Part shown: positions 61,281 through 64,000 of the stretch, in pieces
Layout of the letters: the number at the start of each line of letters is the position of its first letter
Numbering within the stretch: position 1 is the stretch's first letter
Source of the DNA: Epiperipatus broadwayi
Taxonomy: Eukaryota; Animalia; Onychophora
Direction: 5' to 3'
NCBI GenBank assembly: GCA_028023455.1
Contig: JAQFVV010000007.1
Location: 17,484,001-17,548,000, forward strand
DNA length: 64,000 bases
The notes under the pieces: model-generated
What the model saw: the letters and a program-made list of their open reading frames with translations, nothing else
Told to the model about the DNA's origin: nothing
The model's database searches: none
Position numbers and translations under genes: made by a program

Positions 61281-63154
61281 TTTTATTTATACTGTACATG
61301 ATTTGTAATCGTAGTATCTAGTTAAGAATTATAGTAGTTATATATACATGCAAACGCTATATTCTTACATAAATATATATTCGGATGCGGTCAATGATGT
61401 GGAGAAACAATAAATATTAGTATTAAACAATGTATAGATTTGAAGTGTTACATTTTAATTAAATACAGTTGTTTATATTTTAATTTGCAACCAAATCAAA
61501 TAATTATAAATTCGTTTTATAATTTACTATAATGGATATTAAATAAATGACCTAAATTGTTTTGCCTTTTTTTAAATATTTGGTGTTTTTTTTTTATAAT
61601 TAACTCGAAGGTAAAAACAGAATTGCGAACTACAATAATTAGTCCTTTTTTTCTGGACTTTCTTAGCGGGAGACATTTCGTAGATAATTTCCTTGCCCAA
61701 GGCCTAATTCAAACAAAAAGGCTTCAGGGAAGCCGTGGGAAAAACTGGCGTAAACTTAAATATATTGACAATTTTTTTTAATTACCTCAGTAATTATAAT
61801 AGACTACAATTTATTGCCTTTTTTCAAAAACGAGATAATATTCTGTTAGAAGACAAATTTTGAACAATTCATTTGTTAAACTGAAAATTATTCGAATTTC
61901 AGTTATAAGTCATTGACAGGAATTCTTGCAGTTTTCTAAAAAGATTCTTATAAACATTATTGATACGTGTTTTGAAAACAATACCAATATAAGGTTTAAC
62001 GTCTAACGAAAATAACGTCGTAAATTAATGTATTTCAATTTTATACATACAGTATGTATCATAATAATGTTTTTTATGTGATTTAATTTAATAGGGGGGG
62101 GGGAGCATTCAACATTATTAAAAAGTGTTATTTATGTTTTTATTTTTTACTAAATGATATACTGTATATTATTATAATTTCCAATTACTACCTATCGAGT
62201 GCGGAATGAGTTTCTCTGAGTTTAATACGACACTTCAAATTTCAACACACTCCTTAGAACATACAGATAATGACAAGCAAATGATACCCCAAATGCATTT
62301 CTGAAACAACCTGCACTCCTCAATTGGTTCAGATCCTTGCCTACACGTTATCAGTATCATAGTTGAGTATTTATCCAGAGCAAACAATTATAATTAAATG
62401 TGCCTGTTTTGACTATTATATTGTCTAGGATAAATTTAATAAGTAATATATTAATCTTTAACTGCGTTTAAAGTTTATATGTGAGCAGAAAATTAAATAT
62501 TAATGTATGGCCTAATGAAAAATGATTTCTAAGTAATCATTAAAACTATCTCGTCAAAACAAGCGCATTTCTCACCCCCCCCCAACACTCCCTCACCTCC
62601 CCGATTCGTAATTCATTTTTTCCACATCTATTTTTTATTTATCCCTTGAACGTCTTTCATCACTTTTCTAGCAATGTGAAGCTCAACTCTATTCCAGCCT
62701 CTTATCATGCATTTTGGCATCTTTTTTTGTTAATCACAATATCTGTCTTACTATACTTTGCTGTGTCAGCGGTTTTTATTTTGCTCATCTATTAAATATC
62801 CATATTTATAAATAATCATTAATAAAACATATTTAGTAAAAAAACAACTTTACTTTCAAATTCTTAGATGTAAATATTTAATATCTCTTCTTTTTATCAA
62901 TTATAATGTTCTATGATGTGTTTTGAGTCCCAATTACTATGCCTCTCTATCCATTTATAAATCTGGCAAATTTCTGCCTCTCATTTTTCTATCTAGTCTT
63001 TCTTTTCAATTCCGTTTTGGATACTTTTTCTCCTTTCCTGATGGTAGTCAGTTTAATATTTTATTTTGGTAATCTTTCCTGAGATTGTTTGTACATTAAA
63101 TCATTGAACACCATACAATCATCATTTCCTTTGCTTGTATAAGCTGTTAAAACA

Positions 63155-64000
63155 ATGTTGTGATGAGGTGCACTGTGACTTCTCCTTGTTTAGAGTCAGC
63201 CAGCACTAAGTTTTCCCCATATTCTTCTCTATCCTGCTCCATCCTATTTCCACAACATAATCTTTGTCAACTCTATGGCTTTTTAGCTAAATCCCCCTTT
63301 TCCCAAATCCAGCATAAAAACCAAGAATCCACTTTCTGTATAATCACTTTGTTTATATTTATACAACTTTATTATTTGTATCCTTTCTGCTTGCAGGTAT
63401 TTACATTCAATTAACAGTTGCCTAATATTTTCTATGCCTATCTTACACAACTTGCAGACAAAATTCCATTTATGTATATATTATGTGTTGCTAAAGCTCC
63501 TGTTTGAGCCTTAAACAGTAAACTACTTTCCTTGATATTATCATAAATTAACTCACACCCAATATTCTGTTTACTTCTATATATATTTAAATTCTTTTTC
63601 TACATCTCTCCAACTCCATATTTTTTATTAATGCATCTATTCTTCTATCCCATTCCTTGCCACTATAACACTCAACAATTCTCCTAACACAATCATCCCA
63701 TCTTTTGTATAAATATACTGACATAAATTCTCTATCCACATCTTCTGCATACCATTCTAACTTCCTTACCCATCTTGTTGCCTGCTCTTTACTGATAACC
63801 CAATTAAAAACTATTTTGGCTATTCTCTTACTATCCATAAACTGCAATCTACTGAACATTTTCATTTTTCTCTTTCATATAAAAACTTGACCATTCCATT
63901 TCTCCTTGAATTGCTTCCTGCTGTCCACACATTGCATTTAATGCATGTCTTTCTACTTTTTTTTATAGTTTTTCTAAGTAATCTAACACTCCTTTACTAA
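63155..64000 (-). mobile_element. RTEX/CR1-L2-like LINE 3' portion, same family as 4405-5745 (window-truncated)
   Basis: ORF 63587-63865 MKMFSRLQFMDSKRIAKIVFNW.. closely matches the 4.97-5.2 kb translation; the 3' UTRs are similar (GGAGAA(G/A)TCACA). Confidence 0.8.

Noticed and set aside
62192-62341. GC-richer segment with AG/GT ends on minus as an exon
   Set aside because: All three frames hit stops before the putative donor, and there is no recognisable protein motif.
335-63890. Most 60-100 aa ORFs in the supplied track (F/L/I/Y-rich)
   Set aside because: Expected by chance in AT-rich DNA, or antisense shadows of TE ORFs. No motifs or splice support.

Overview
Very AT-rich eukaryotic (probably invertebrate animal) genomic DNA, dominated by transposable elements and their remnants, with no intact long host ORF. 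Four Penelope-like retroelements (PLEs; RT and/or GIY-YIG) are present. Three form inverted structures, including a ~4.75 kb near-perfect palindrome at 40907-45660. The window also holds decayed RTE, RTEX-like and I-group LINEs, a mariner remnant, and a SPIN/GTF2IRD2-type hAT transposase split by ~7 kb of inserted DNA. Non-TE signal is limited to a PHD-finger terminal exon (6915-7019), one or two candidate small exons, and a CpG-richer promoter-like region (~35.5-36.6 kb) with adjacent CRE and RFX X-box motifs. The most notable observation is a dense set of minimal type-I hammerhead ribozyme motifs. They lie at PLE 3' ends and in several non-coding repeat families, one of which has a ~450-bp unit that occurs in tandem and inverted copies and once with a 13-bp flanking direct repeat (retrozyme-like). 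The motifs show compensatory stem changes, palindromic stem III, usually an extra nucleotide after A9, and three versions of the 3-8 core pair (C-G, U-A, A-U). All motifs were read by eye and no folding or database search was run. Boundaries of decayed elements are approximate.
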